13,742 bases of DNA from an uncultured cyanobacterium. Lineage in GTDB: Bacteria > Cyanobacteriota > Cyanobacteriia > Cyanobacteriales > Cyanobacteriaceae. Position 1 is the stretch's first letter; each line of letters opens with the position of its first letter. The notes under the pieces are model-generated. The model was given only the letters and a program-made list of their open reading frames with translations. It was not told the origin of the DNA and searched no databases. The stretch spans positions 1-13,742 of the forward strand of contig CAVVOP010000007.1 in assembly GCA_963749915.1 (NCBI GenBank), given 5' to 3'. The translations under genes and the position numbers were made by a program. Below, one piece after another: positions 1-9,348 of the stretch.

Positions 1-1665
1 CTGAATAAATCACAAAAAGATTCATTAGTAGTAATAAGCAGAAATTAAGATAAGTTCTTGTTGATTTTCACTTATCGTTTGATAATCTTTTATTATCAAT
101 CGCTTTTGACGATATTTTATTTCTAAAAATAGACACAAAAAATCAGCAGTATCTGCCGATACAGGTATGATAAATTCATCACTAAAAATATTAGTGATAT
201 AACTGTCATTGATGTTGATGGCAGTTTTGTCATTATTTTATTTAACCCGTATCTTCTTTTTCCTTCCCCTAATTTTCCTTCTACTCTATTTCTGACTTTT
301 TCATTTTCTCTTGTCTCTTTTTTCTCCTCTATACTTACATTTTTCTTCGGTCTTCCCAATGCAGGTCCATTCATTTTTATCCCTTTTTCCTTGCAATAGG
401 CTCTATTTGCCCTCGTTCTATATATCGCATCTACATGAATTGTAGCTGGATAATAACCCATTAATTTATAATATTTTTCTACTTGTTCTATTAGATGTGT
501 TGACTCATTGAAATTATCCCAACTTAATTTGTCTAAAAACACATAATTTTCATATACACTTATACTTATTTTTCCGCCAAATTCTACTGAACTCCCTGCT
601 TTTCCTCTAACTATTGGGCGTATATGTGGTTGATTTATACTCACTATTCTATTATCTATTCTGTTTTTTTCTTCTTCATACATTTCTTTTTGTTGTCTAT
701 ATACTTCGGATACTACTAATAATTTTTTATAGTCTTTTTTACCCAATTTTGACAAACTTATTCCCTGATTTATTAACTTTTCTATACTTTTTAAATTTTT
801 GCTCATATATCTCAATTGAAGTTTGATTGCTTCTGTTCTTTCTTCTTTTTTGGGCTTCTTTTTTTTCGACACTTTTAAATATTCTTTTCGGGCTATTTCT
901 CGATATGTTCTTGGCTTTTTACCTACCGTAATTCCTTCTCCCTCATGTAATTTATCTATGATTCTTTCTGTTTGCATTCTCCCTTGATTCAATAATCCTA
1001 AATCCGTTGGAAATGCTATATCTGCTGGGGTGCAACTCGCATCTAAAATTAGTTTTCCTTTATTTTTTATCTTTTCTTTTGAGTCATCTTCTTCTATTTC
1101 TTCTTTTTTTTAGTTCTTCTAATACTATCTTTTGATTTATTTTATCGATTATTTCACTATCTATTCTTTTTCTAAAATGCACCATCATTGATGAATCAAA
1201 AGGTATTTTATTGCTGAATTTTTTCAAGCCAATAAAGCATTGTAAATAGGGATTTTCTTGTATTTGTTCTACTGTTTCTCGGTCAGTTATTCTTGATTTT
1301 TGTTGAATTATTAATGCACCCAGTGCCATTCTAAATGGTTTGGCAGGTGCTCCTAATTTCTCACTAAAAATATTCGCATATTCTTCCTCCAATTCTTGCC
1401 AAGGAATCAGGTTCGCCATTACTATCCAACGGTTATTTTCATCCAACATTTGATTAGAAAGGATAAAATTTTTGGTATTGGTGGAGGATGATTGATTCTT
1501 GAGATACATTATACTTTTTGTTGAAATTTTAAATCTAAGTGTAGGTGCAAGTAATTACAAACGATTTGATTAGGGTTGCAACGATTATAACTCATTTTTC
1601 CTTGCACCTCCTTGGGGTTAAATTCCCCTTCACACAAAGGTTTTATCTTAATTCAGCAAACCCTA
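1..1665 (-). mobile_element. IS5-family insertion sequence; the downstream end runs a few bases off the window start
   Basis: 1651-1665 ATTCAGCAAACCCTA reads TAGGGTTTGCTGAAT on the - strand. The window begins CTGAATAA, the inner part of the matching inverted repeat. The transposase lies between them. Confidence 0.85.
123..1509 (-). pseudogene. IS5-family DDE transposase, about 461 aa, split by a +1 frameshift at an A8 run (1104-1111)
   Basis: ORF 1509-1084 encodes the N-terminal domain (GAPAKPFRMALGALIIQ, TDRETVEQIQENPYLQCFIG). The second frame is open from 1103 (EEIEEDD...KLILDASCTPADIAFPTDLGLLN) to the stop at 123 and contains HIRPIVRGKAG, VDAIYRTRANR and RNRVEGKLGEGKRRYGL. Confidence 0.9.
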
Positions 1666-1713
1666 AATAAATCTTCGCTAATTTTCGTTATGACCATAAT
1701 TGTTAGTTCTTGG

Positions 1714-2442
1714 TTAAATATCTTCGGGATTGACACCCAATTCTCTAAGTTTGGCCGCTAATTGTTCTGCTTTCTGTTTAGCTGATTGGGCTTCTTGTTT
1801 AGCTAATTGAGCTTCTTGTTTACTTTTTTCTGATAACTCAAGTTCGGTGGGTAAAACATCACCTTCTAAATTTGCCCAACGTAACCAACTTGTATTCACT
1901 CCTCGATAATCACCTTCCCAAAGCATTAAAGCTAATTTTAATTGTTGACTGATATAGCGATTGTCAGTGGTACGGCTTAAGGGTTGATAGATTCCATCAC
2001 GCAAAGTAAAACCTGCCCAATCATTTGGATTAAAAGGATCATACCAAAAATATTCTGGCACACGCATTCTATTTTGATAAATTAATTTTTTTTCTGTTTT
2101 GTCGATGTCAGCAGTGCTTTCTGATAGTAATTCTATTACTATATCTGGTGCTTTTCCTTCTTCCCAAACGACCCAAGATTTACGCTCGGTTTTTGGGACA
2201 TCTAACACCGCAAAAAAATCAGGTCCTTTAAAGTCTTGATTTTTAAGTTGACTAGCACTGAAATAAACAAACATATTTCCACCCGCATAACCATCTTCTC
2301 GCTTTTCTAACCAAGGATAAAGGGTTTCTAAAAGCAAATCCATTTGATGTTTATGTCTTTGGCTTTCCATCGGAATACCGTCTTCACTAGGTAATTCGTC
2401 TTGGGTTGGTAATCTTAAAACGGGTGGTGCTTGAGCAGCCAT
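1714..2442 (-). CDS. Uma2-family (DUF820, PD-(D/E)XK restriction-endonuclease fold) protein, 242 aa
   Basis: Motifs LPSEDGIPMES..H, GGNMFVYF, GPDFFAV, RKSWVVWEEGKAPDIVIELLS.ST...D, VPEYFWYDP, WLRW, and a coiled-coil tail ending LAAKLRELGVNPE. Confidence 0.93.
   Translation of the reverse strand: MAAQAPPVLRLPTQDELPSEDGIPMESQRHKHQMDLLLETLYPWLEKREDGYAGGNMFVYFSASQLKNQDFKGPDFFAVLDVPKTERKSWVVWEEGKAPDIVIELLSESTADIDKTEKKLIYQNRMRVPEYFWYDPFNPNDWAGFTLRDGIYQPLSRTTDNRYISQQLKLALMLWEGDYRGVNTSWLRWANLEGDVLPTELELSEKSKQEAQLAKQEAQSAKQKAEQLAAKLRELGVNPEDI
1775..1822 (-). repeat. 21-bp in-frame tandem repeat (about 2.3 units) encoding the heptads KQEAQLA/KQEAQSA
   Basis: + strand TGTTTAGCTGATTGGGCTTCT (1775-1795), TGTTTAGCTAATTGAGCTTCT (1796-1816), TGTTTA (1817-1822). 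The two full units match at 19/21. Confidence 0.85.
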
Positions 2443-2744
2443 AAATTTTGCTGAAATTATTAACTTAATTAAAATTGATCTAGTTTTATGTTATACTACT
2501 AACGGCTAACCGCTAGGAGCTTAACATTTCAAGATAGGTTCTATGATGCAACGCCAAAAAATGGATAATCGTATCGGGGCTATTTAGTATTTTATGCATA
2601 ACTAAAATGCACAACTGGTCAGGCATTAAGCAGCTATAAGTATAAAAACAAATATGAATAATGTAACTTGCCCAGGATGAAATGTCTCAAAAATATAGCG
2701 ATAAATGTTTTTTTATTTAACTCGACTGTTGTGATTTAGATTTT

Positions 2745-2752
2745 GCGATCGC
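2745..2752. repeat. HIP1 octamer GCGATCGC (other copies at 9823-9830 and 10683-10690)
   Basis: Exact matches to the cyanobacterial highly iterated palindrome. Confidence 0.9.
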
Positions 2753-2767
2753 TAAGTGTTTAACTAA

Positions 2768-4040
2768 TTAAGCAATTACCTCCTTTTGTTGTTTGATAAA
2801 TAAACGCGAAAAAACCTCAGAAGCCGATTGACCCTGTTGAAGTTGGTTATGAGCTAACAAAATAAGCTCTTCAATCAACTTCTGCCCCTGTTGACGACAG
2901 ACCTCCCCAATGGTTTTAATGGGGTGTGGGAATAGTTTCCCATTGCTTCGTATCGGTGACGTAGGTAAACTATCTAGATGTAGGAGTGAATAGGCTACGA
3001 AGACCAGACACCAATGTTTTTGAATGGCTTCGGCACTTCGCATTCGATATTCATCCAAACCTAGATGTCCTTTACTATCCTGATAGAAGGTTTCTATCGG
3101 CCAACGTTGTAGGTAAGTAGTGAGGATTTTCTTAGGGGACCAGTCAGTTCGGTTGCTGACCAAAACAGCATAAGTCCCAGTTAGTTCAGGATCTTCAAAA
3201 CTGATGACCAGTCGCACTTTTCCTAATCCGGGAATTCTCAGGCTTCGAGTAAAACACCAGTAAAATTTATCTGCCACCTTCACTCTTCGGTAGGCGTTTT
3301 TAGGAATCAGTGGGTACTAGCTCCTCAACTTTAATATGAGGAGCTTTTAAAGTCATCGGTTGTCCAAGCTCATCACGAAGTACAAAGCTGTTAACCTCCA
3401 GTTTACGATTCTTTTTAAGCAGACTGACCCAATCTAACTGATTCTCTCCTAGCGCAGCTACGATATCGGGCGCCAAATACCAACTGTCCATCAACACGGT
3501 GGTAAAGGGTAGTTTTCTACTCTTGGCTTGTTCAATTAACTCAATGGCTAAAGCTATCTTCGTCTGAAATTGACAGTGTAATTCCTGAAATTCGGGATCT
3601 TTAAGCAGAGTCTCATCTAAGAGCTTATGCAGTTTTTGTCGCTCCTTTTGCTTGTGGGGAATTTTCTGGTCAGGAAAATGCTTCTTAACAAATTTTGACC
3701 AACGTGTGACTTCTTCATAACGTCGATATATCCGCAGGTCAACGGGGAAGCGGACTGGTCCTGACAAATAGTGGCTGGTAACGAGATTATGAGCCAGAGG
3801 ATAATCGTTGTGGGAATGGTCGTAATGCCGGTCAACATACTCAAATAAACTGCCAACATGTTCACATAAAGTATCGTCCAATATCAGATAGGATTCTGGT
3901 GCCGTTTTACGATGGTTTGCTGTCTGATTTAAAAGATATTTGATTCTCTCATTGTTAACTTTTTTTTGACTCCACGGTGCTTGCGACAGAAATCGAGAAA
4001 GATTAGTTTTGTCCGCACTCTCTAAAATACACCGACTGAT
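2768..4040 (-). pseudogene. IS701-family transposase, 5'-truncated and frameshifted (+1 near 3312-3314)
   Basis: The frame of ORF 3881-3300 continues upstream to about 4040 (ISRCILESADKTNLSRFLSQAPWS...YLILDDT) with no start codon. It has LDDT and LMDSWY motifs. Removing one G at 3312-3314 gives LVPLIPKNAYRRVKV and joins ORF 3283-2768 (RWPIETFYQDSKGHLGLDEY). The element's downstream end may be near 2721, but this is uncertain. Confidence 0.88.
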
Positions 4041-4175
4041 TAAGTTTGCGTTTCGGTGTTTTTTATTAAAATTCGGATCAATATATCATAAATGGATTTA
4101 TAATAAAACATTCTTGGTGCTGATAAGTATAGCAATCCGGAAAAAAAAGATATCACTATAAGTTAGTTATTGACT

Positions 4176-5264
4176 ATGAAAAAAATTACTGTACTAACGA
4201 TTACTTACAATAAAGGAAAATACAATATTGCCTCTGTCGAAAGTATATTGAATCAAACCTATCAGGATTTCAATTATATTGTTGTTAATGATGGTTCAAA
4301 TGATAATACCAAGGAACTTCTTGATTCCATTCGTCATCCTAATTTAACTGTTATCCATCAAAAAAACCAAGGATTTACTAATACATTAGTAAATGTTGCC
4401 TCACACATAGATACTCCTTATGTTGCTATACATGGAGCTGGAGATATTTCTCATCCAGAGCGTTTAGAAAAACAACTAGATTTTTTAGAATCCGATCAAT
4501 CTCTTGGAGCGATTGGCTGTCATGTACGTAGATTATCTGATGAAGGAAACATACTTAATCACTCAAGAGTTCCTTTTTTAACAATTCACTCAGTTGAAGA
4601 TTTATTTGAAAAGTTAGGTAAAAGTAATTATTTTCGTCATGGTGAAGTTATGTTTCGCTACTCCATATATAAAAAAGCAGGAGGTTATCGTCAATTTTTT
4701 AAATATACTCAAGATTACGATCTCTGGTTGCGAATGCTTAGTTTTGCCAAATTAGCCAGAATAGATTCCTTTCTTTATGATCAGGTAAACATACCTCAAT
4801 CTTCTATAAACTGTGATTATAAAAAGGTAGAAATTCAGGCAACACTAAACGTTTTTGCTTGGCATCTAGCTCAGCAAAGATTAAAAAAACAGTTTGATGC
4901 CCTAGATTTAGAAGGCTTGGTAGCTTTTGAAAAGTTTAAGAATTCTCTTTCTCAACAAGACAAAATGTTTATTAGTAATGCAGTCATGATAACTGCTAAG
5001 CAAAGATATTATCAAACAGCAGATTATAAAATTCTTCTGGAAGGGGCTCAAAGAGCAATAGAATTAAATCCTGACAGTTATCAAGCTAAAAGAAATTTAA
5101 AATTGGCTTACTTAACTACGTTACTGGACTGGCTTGGTTTTAAAGAAATAGCTAAGCAGCTTAATAATAAAGAATCTAATTTAGTTAAAAATAAATTAGC
5201 CAAGTTACGTAAATTGCTCAAACCACATCTACTTGTTAAAAGTTTTTTAAACTCTACTCTTTAG
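4176..5264 (+). CDS. Family 2 (GT-A fold) glycosyltransferase, about 362 aa; ATG at 4176 preferred over TTG at 4170
   Basis: ITVLTITYN, SILNQTYQDF.YIVVNDGSND, NQG, HPERLEKQ and QDYDLWLR are GT2 hallmarks. The DxD position reads HGAGD. There is a helical C-terminal extension. Confidence 0.92.
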   Translation: MKKITVLTITYNKGKYNIASVESILNQTYQDFNYIVVNDGSNDNTKELLDSIRHPNLTVIHQKNQGFTNTLVNVASHIDTPYVAIHGAGDISHPERLEKQLDFLESDQSLGAIGCHVRRLSDEGNILNHSRVPFLTIHSVEDLFEKLGKSNYFRHGEVMFRYSIYKKAGGYRQFFKYTQDYDLWLRMLSFAKLARIDSFLYDQVNIPQSSINCDYKKVEIQATLNVFAWHLAQQRLKKQFDALDLEGLVAFEKFKNSLSQQDKMFISNAVMITAKQRYYQTADYKILLEGAQRAIELNPDSYQAKRNLKLAYLTTLLDWLGFKEIAKQLNNKESNLVKNKLAKLRKLLKPHLLVKSFLNSTL

Positions 5265-5690
5265 GGATTATAACTTGACCATGTCAGTGGACGCTGACCC
5301 TAACGTTTTCAGCGCAAGCACACTCTGCAAGCAGTTCGCCATCTGTTCAGTTGTTAATACAATAATAATATTTTTAATTGTGCTTTTAATTATTACAAAA
5401 GTACCAATATTAAAAACATACACCTGGAAGCTTCCCCCTCTTCCCTATCCTTGTCACCACAGGAATTTTTCAAAACCCTCGCAGTGTTGGCCCGGATAGT
5501 CGTAGCTGGGGAGGAAACTCGGACGTAAAAAACTATATACTCCCTCAATTGTCCGTAACTGTCTGAGTCAGATTATTTAAGTCAATTATAGTACCGGATT
5601 TGACTAAAAAATTCATTCCTAAAATACCATCAACTTTATTATAATGTGACTCATAAAAAAGAATAAATAAAATTGGAAAACTTAGAAATA

Positions 5691-6963
5691 ATGAGTTTTG
5701 TCTATCAAATTGAGGGAGGAAGAATCACTTCAAGGAGAAGTGAGATTATCAGGAGCCAAGAACGCTGTATTACCAGCAATCGCAGCTGCCTGCCTTGGGA
5801 ATGAACCCACTACGTTAAAAAATGTTCCAGTTAAGTTACATGATATTAAAATTCTGGTTGAGATTCTTAGGCATCTTGGTGCCAAGATTAAGATAGAGGA
5901 TTCTAATCTCTTCTGTTGCCGGGGAAATTTTCCTTCAGGGAATGTACCCCTGGAACTTGCCCAAAAAATCCGCTACTCACTATTGTTATTAGGGATGGCT
6001 GCTGCTGTTGGTGAAGAACTATTTCTTCCCTTACCAGGTGGATGTGCTATTGGTAAACGAAAGCATGATTTACACGTCCTTGGTTTACGTTCTCTTGGTC
6101 ATGAAATTATTGAAAATGATCAAGGAATTAGAATCAAGCCTCGACAAGGAAAAGGAGCAAAAATTAATTTCTATTTACCAACAACTTCTGGTACTGAAAA
6201 TATTATGCTGGCAGCAGCACTTGCTAATGGCGTGACTGAGATCCGTAATGCTAACACACGCCCAGAAGTTATGGAACTGGGACGCTTACTCGTGGCAATG
6301 GGAGCAGATGTAGATGTGCGTAACCGAGTTGTTAAAATTGCAGGGACAAATCATCTTCGAGGAGGGGCGAGCTTTTCTATTATGCCAGGATGGGATGAAG
6401 CCGTTACATTTTTAGCGGTGGCTGGTGTAACTAAAGGTGAAATTGTTATTCCTGGATTTGACTTACGCTACATTAAGTCTGATGTACATTACTTACGAGA
6501 GTCAGGCATTGAGATATTTGAATGGGGTGGCTCTGTTTATGCCAGTGGCAAGAATCCCCTTCAACCATTTGACCTTTTTACCGGTCCTTATCCTGCGATT
6601 AATTCAGATATGCAACCTATTTTTGCTGCCTTAGCACTTATGGCTTCTGGGGAAAGTACAATTACCGATATGCGTTTTACAGAGCGTTTTGGTTACACTG
6701 AAGAATTACGTCAGTTTGGAGCTAATATCGATGTATATGGTAACTGTGCGGTAATCAATGGTCATAGTGAGTTATATGGAGCTAAAAATGTTAAAGCTAC
6801 TGACTTACGTGGAGGTGCAGCAGTTGTTTTGTGTGCTTTAGCCGCTAATGGAGGAAGTACTATTAGTAATGTTTATCAGATCGAACGTGGTTATGAAGAA
6901 TTTGATCACAAACTTAGAAATCTTGGTGCCAAGATAACTCGTTTGGAGTCATCAAATGAATAG
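5691..6963 (+). CDS. murA: MurA-like enolpyruvyl transferase (divergent paralog); likely true start ATG 5691, with one extra base near 5720-5724
   Basis: SGAKNA, LPGGCAIGKR (catalytic Cys kept), GTENIMLAAALA.G.T.I.NA...PEV, SDMQP, ERF, ATDLRGGAA, RGYE. ATG 5691 gives MSFVYQIEGG, which fits a MurA N-terminus but is one base out of frame with SLQGEV. The only in-frame alternative covering this N-terminus is TTG 5698. Confidence 0.9.
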
Positions 6964-7894
6964 AAATCTAGATATAATTCTCCCTTCAGGTATTAACTGG
7001 CAAAAAAATGTACCTTTAGCTCCATTAACTACTTTACAGATTGGTGGTTTAGCAGAGTATTATGTTGTTCCCAATTCGGTAGATGAGTTAGTCAGTATTT
7101 ATGATCATGCCAATAAAATTGGTTTACCTATATATATATTAGGAAAAGGTTCTAATGTCTTGATTGATGATGCTGGAATTAAAGGTATTGTCTTGCAATT
7201 GGGTTCTGCCTTTAACTATCATTCGACCACAGAAAAAAAAATTACAGTTGGTGGTAGTCTTTCAATGCCTAAACTAGCTCGCATAGCTGTTGAAATTGGC
7301 ACAAGTGGATTTGAATGGATGATTGGTGTTCCGGGTTCTATCGGTGCAGGTGTTGCTATTAATGCGGGTGCTGGTCAGCAATGTATGTTGGATAACTTGT
7401 TATCTGCCACTCATATGAGTCCTAGTGGTGAAATAGTTACAGAGTTGGCTAGTGAACTAGAATTGCGTCACCGTGGCTCTAAATTACTCGATCGAGGATA
7501 TATTGTCTTGGAAGCAACTTTTAAACTGGATTTCAGCCAGCCAAAGCAGTCAGTAGTTGACCAAACACAAACTTTCGTCAAAAAGCGCCGCCAGAAGTTT
7601 CCTTTACGCTACCCTAACTGCGGTAGTGTGTTCAAGCGTCCGGGTGTAGGAAAAGGACCATATGCGGGATATTTAATTGAGTCAGTTGGCTTGAAAGGCT
7701 TACAAATTGGACAGGCACAAATTAGTGAAGTTCATGCTAACTTTATTATTAATCATGGAGGAGCATCCGCAAATGAGGTTAAAAACCTCATCTCAATTAT
7801 GGAGGAGAAAGTATTTTGTCAGCATAGAATAATGTTGGAGCGAGAGGTTCGCTATTTTCCAGAAGATGCTATCAACATGATTGAACGAAAATAA
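6956..7894 (+). CDS. murB: MurB-like FAD-dependent enolpyruvyl reductase (short, type II-sized), 312 aa; overlaps murA by 8 nt
   Basis: TTLQIGG.A, LGKGSNVLI.D.G, GVPGSIG....NAGA, NCGSVFK (catalytic Ser), HANFIIN, LEREV (catalytic Glu). ATG 6956 lies within the murA 3' end (ATGAATAG). Confidence 0.93.
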   Translation: MNRNLDIILPSGINWQKNVPLAPLTTLQIGGLAEYYVVPNSVDELVSIYDHANKIGLPIYILGKGSNVLIDDAGIKGIVLQLGSAFNYHSTTEKKITVGGSLSMPKLARIAVEIGTSGFEWMIGVPGSIGAGVAINAGAGQQCMLDNLLSATHMSPSGEIVTELASELELRHRGSKLLDRGYIVLEATFKLDFSQPKQSVVDQTQTFVKKRRQKFPLRYPNCGSVFKRPGVGKGPYAGYLIESVGLKGLQIGQAQISEVHANFIINHGGASANEVKNLISIMEEKVFCQHRIMLEREVRYFPEDAINMIERK

Positions 7895-8031
7895 TTGTAG
7901 ATAAAGAAATTGTAAATTTGATAATCTGGACTGTCCAGTTTATAATATCAAGGCAAAGAAACTAATTCACTTGGAGTTATCAGTTTAATCTAGTCAAGAT
8001 AATAAATTAATTTTATGAATACAAATACATT

Positions 8032-8067
8032 GGGAGCATCCCATTTTTGGGGAGCATCCCATTTTTG
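8032..8067 (+). repeat. Exact 18-bp tandem duplication of the ISKra4 left-end tip
   Basis: GGGAGCATCCCATTTTTG at 8032-8049 and again at 8050-8067. Confidence 0.95.
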
Positions 8068-9348
8068 CAATTTTATTTGTGTTGCTTTCAGAAGCATAAA
8101 ATATTGTCTTATTTTAAAAACTTGATACTTTCTTCAGACCGAGAGTAATAATTGAATTATCCACATTTATTTTAAACCTACTTACTAACTATGATTTCTA
8201 CAATTAACATGACTCCTGAAGATCGGTTAGAGTTGGATAACTCTTTGAGAAAAGCTAGTGAGATTCTTTACCGTTATAGTAACGCTGACGATTGTGAGTC
8301 TTTTGCCCATTTGGAAAATCATGTACGTCATCAAATTTTAGAGTTTGTTAGTCCTCAACTCACCCTTTTTTTATCGAGAAGAAAACAAATTTACCACTAT
8401 CAGGAAGGGTCAGAACTCTTAAAAGTTGTTTAGGAACTATTTCTATTAGTCAAAAACAAGCACAATATTTGGGAATAGAACCATCAACTCGTTTGAGTCC
8501 GTTGCTAGAAAAATGTTGTCTTTTACTAAGTGCCAATGAGTCTTATCAAAATGCACAACAAGATTTGTCCATATTGACAGGAATTAAAGTCGGTCATTCG
8601 ACTTTCCATAGAAAAGTAAATCAGGTGGATTTGCCAGATGCAGAAATGAAACAAGGATTATCAGAAATAGCAGTAGATGGGGGAAAAGTACGATTGAGAA
8701 GTGAAGTCAAAGGAGAACCAAGCTATTGGCAAGACTACAAGACAGCAAGGTTACAAGGACTTTATTATGGAGCTTTTTTCCAATCAAATCTTTGTTTAAG
8801 TGATTGGATCAACAGTCAACCTTTGACATCACCAATATATTGTTTAGGAGATGGACATGATGGAGTTTGGAATATATTTGAAGAGATTGGAGAGGAAGAA
8901 AATCGAGTGGAAATTTTGGATTGGTATCATCTGAGAGAAAATCTGTACAAAATGGAGGCACAAAAGTCCATCTTGGAAAAATTAGAAGGACAGTTATGGG
9001 CAGGACAGGTATCAGAGGCAATTTCATTATTAGAAAGATTAGAACCAACAGGAGGAAAAAAAATGGTTAAATATCTTCAAAAGCATCGGTACCGAGTCAT
9101 CAATTACGAATATTGTCAAAGAGAAAAAATTTGTTCCATCGGTAGTGGAGCAGTAGAATCAGGAGTAAAACAAATCAGTCAAAGAATAAAACTAACAGGG
9201 GCACAGTGGAAAAAAGAGGATGTGAATAAAATATTGCAGTTGCGTTGTGCTTATCTGAATGGTAAATTTGCACTACTTGCTTAAGACTACTGATTATTTT
9301 AGTAGCATCGTATATGTTTTTCTATTTTTGCAAAAATGGGATGCTCCC
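8050..9348 (+). mobile_element. ISKra4-family insertion sequence, complete, with 21-bp perfect terminal inverted repeats
   Basis: GGGAGCATCCCATTTTTGCAA (8050-8070) and TTGCAAAAATGGGATGCTCCC (9328-9348). No flanking target-site duplication is visible. Confidence 0.93.
8191..9284 (+). CDS. ISKra4-family DDE transposase, probably expressed by a -1 programmed frameshift at T-TTT-TTA (8367-8373)
   Basis: ORF 8191-8433 (MTPED...LY...LE..VR.QILEFVSPQL) overlaps a -1 frame open from the T7 run (FFIEKKTN..SGRVRTLKSCLG...) to 9284. That frame contains VDGGKVRLR, CLGDGHDGVWN, EILDWYHLRENL and IGSGAVESGVKQI. Confidence 0.9.

Noticed and set aside
614..826. 70-aa + strand ORF
   Set aside because: Antisense shadow of the A-rich IS5 transposase; F/L/Y-rich with no motif.
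3617..3865. 82-aa - strand ORF
   Set aside because: Alternative frame inside the IS701 transposase.
5275..5499. 74-aa ORF with a hydrophobic stretch
   Set aside because: TTG start, the hydrophobic run comes from an AT-only tract, and there is no recognisable family. Not supportable as a gene.
6034..6063. Second murA as a fosfomycin-resistance allele
   Set aside because: The target Cys is retained (LPGGCAIG); there is no Cys-to-Asp change.
6008..6634. Two short + strand ORFs (6008-6235, 6437-6634)
   Set aside because: Off-frame ORFs inside the well-conserved murA.
8032..8070. CRISPR-like direct repeat
   Set aside because: Two abutting copies with no spacer, identical to the IS terminal repeat; no cas genes.
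8809..9048. 79-aa - strand ORF
   Set aside because: Antisense to the ISKra4 transposase.
9259..9348. N-terminal 30 aa of ORF 9259-9669
   Set aside because: Lies inside the ISKra4 right end, so it is a chance in-frame fusion and not the native start of the A-free gene.
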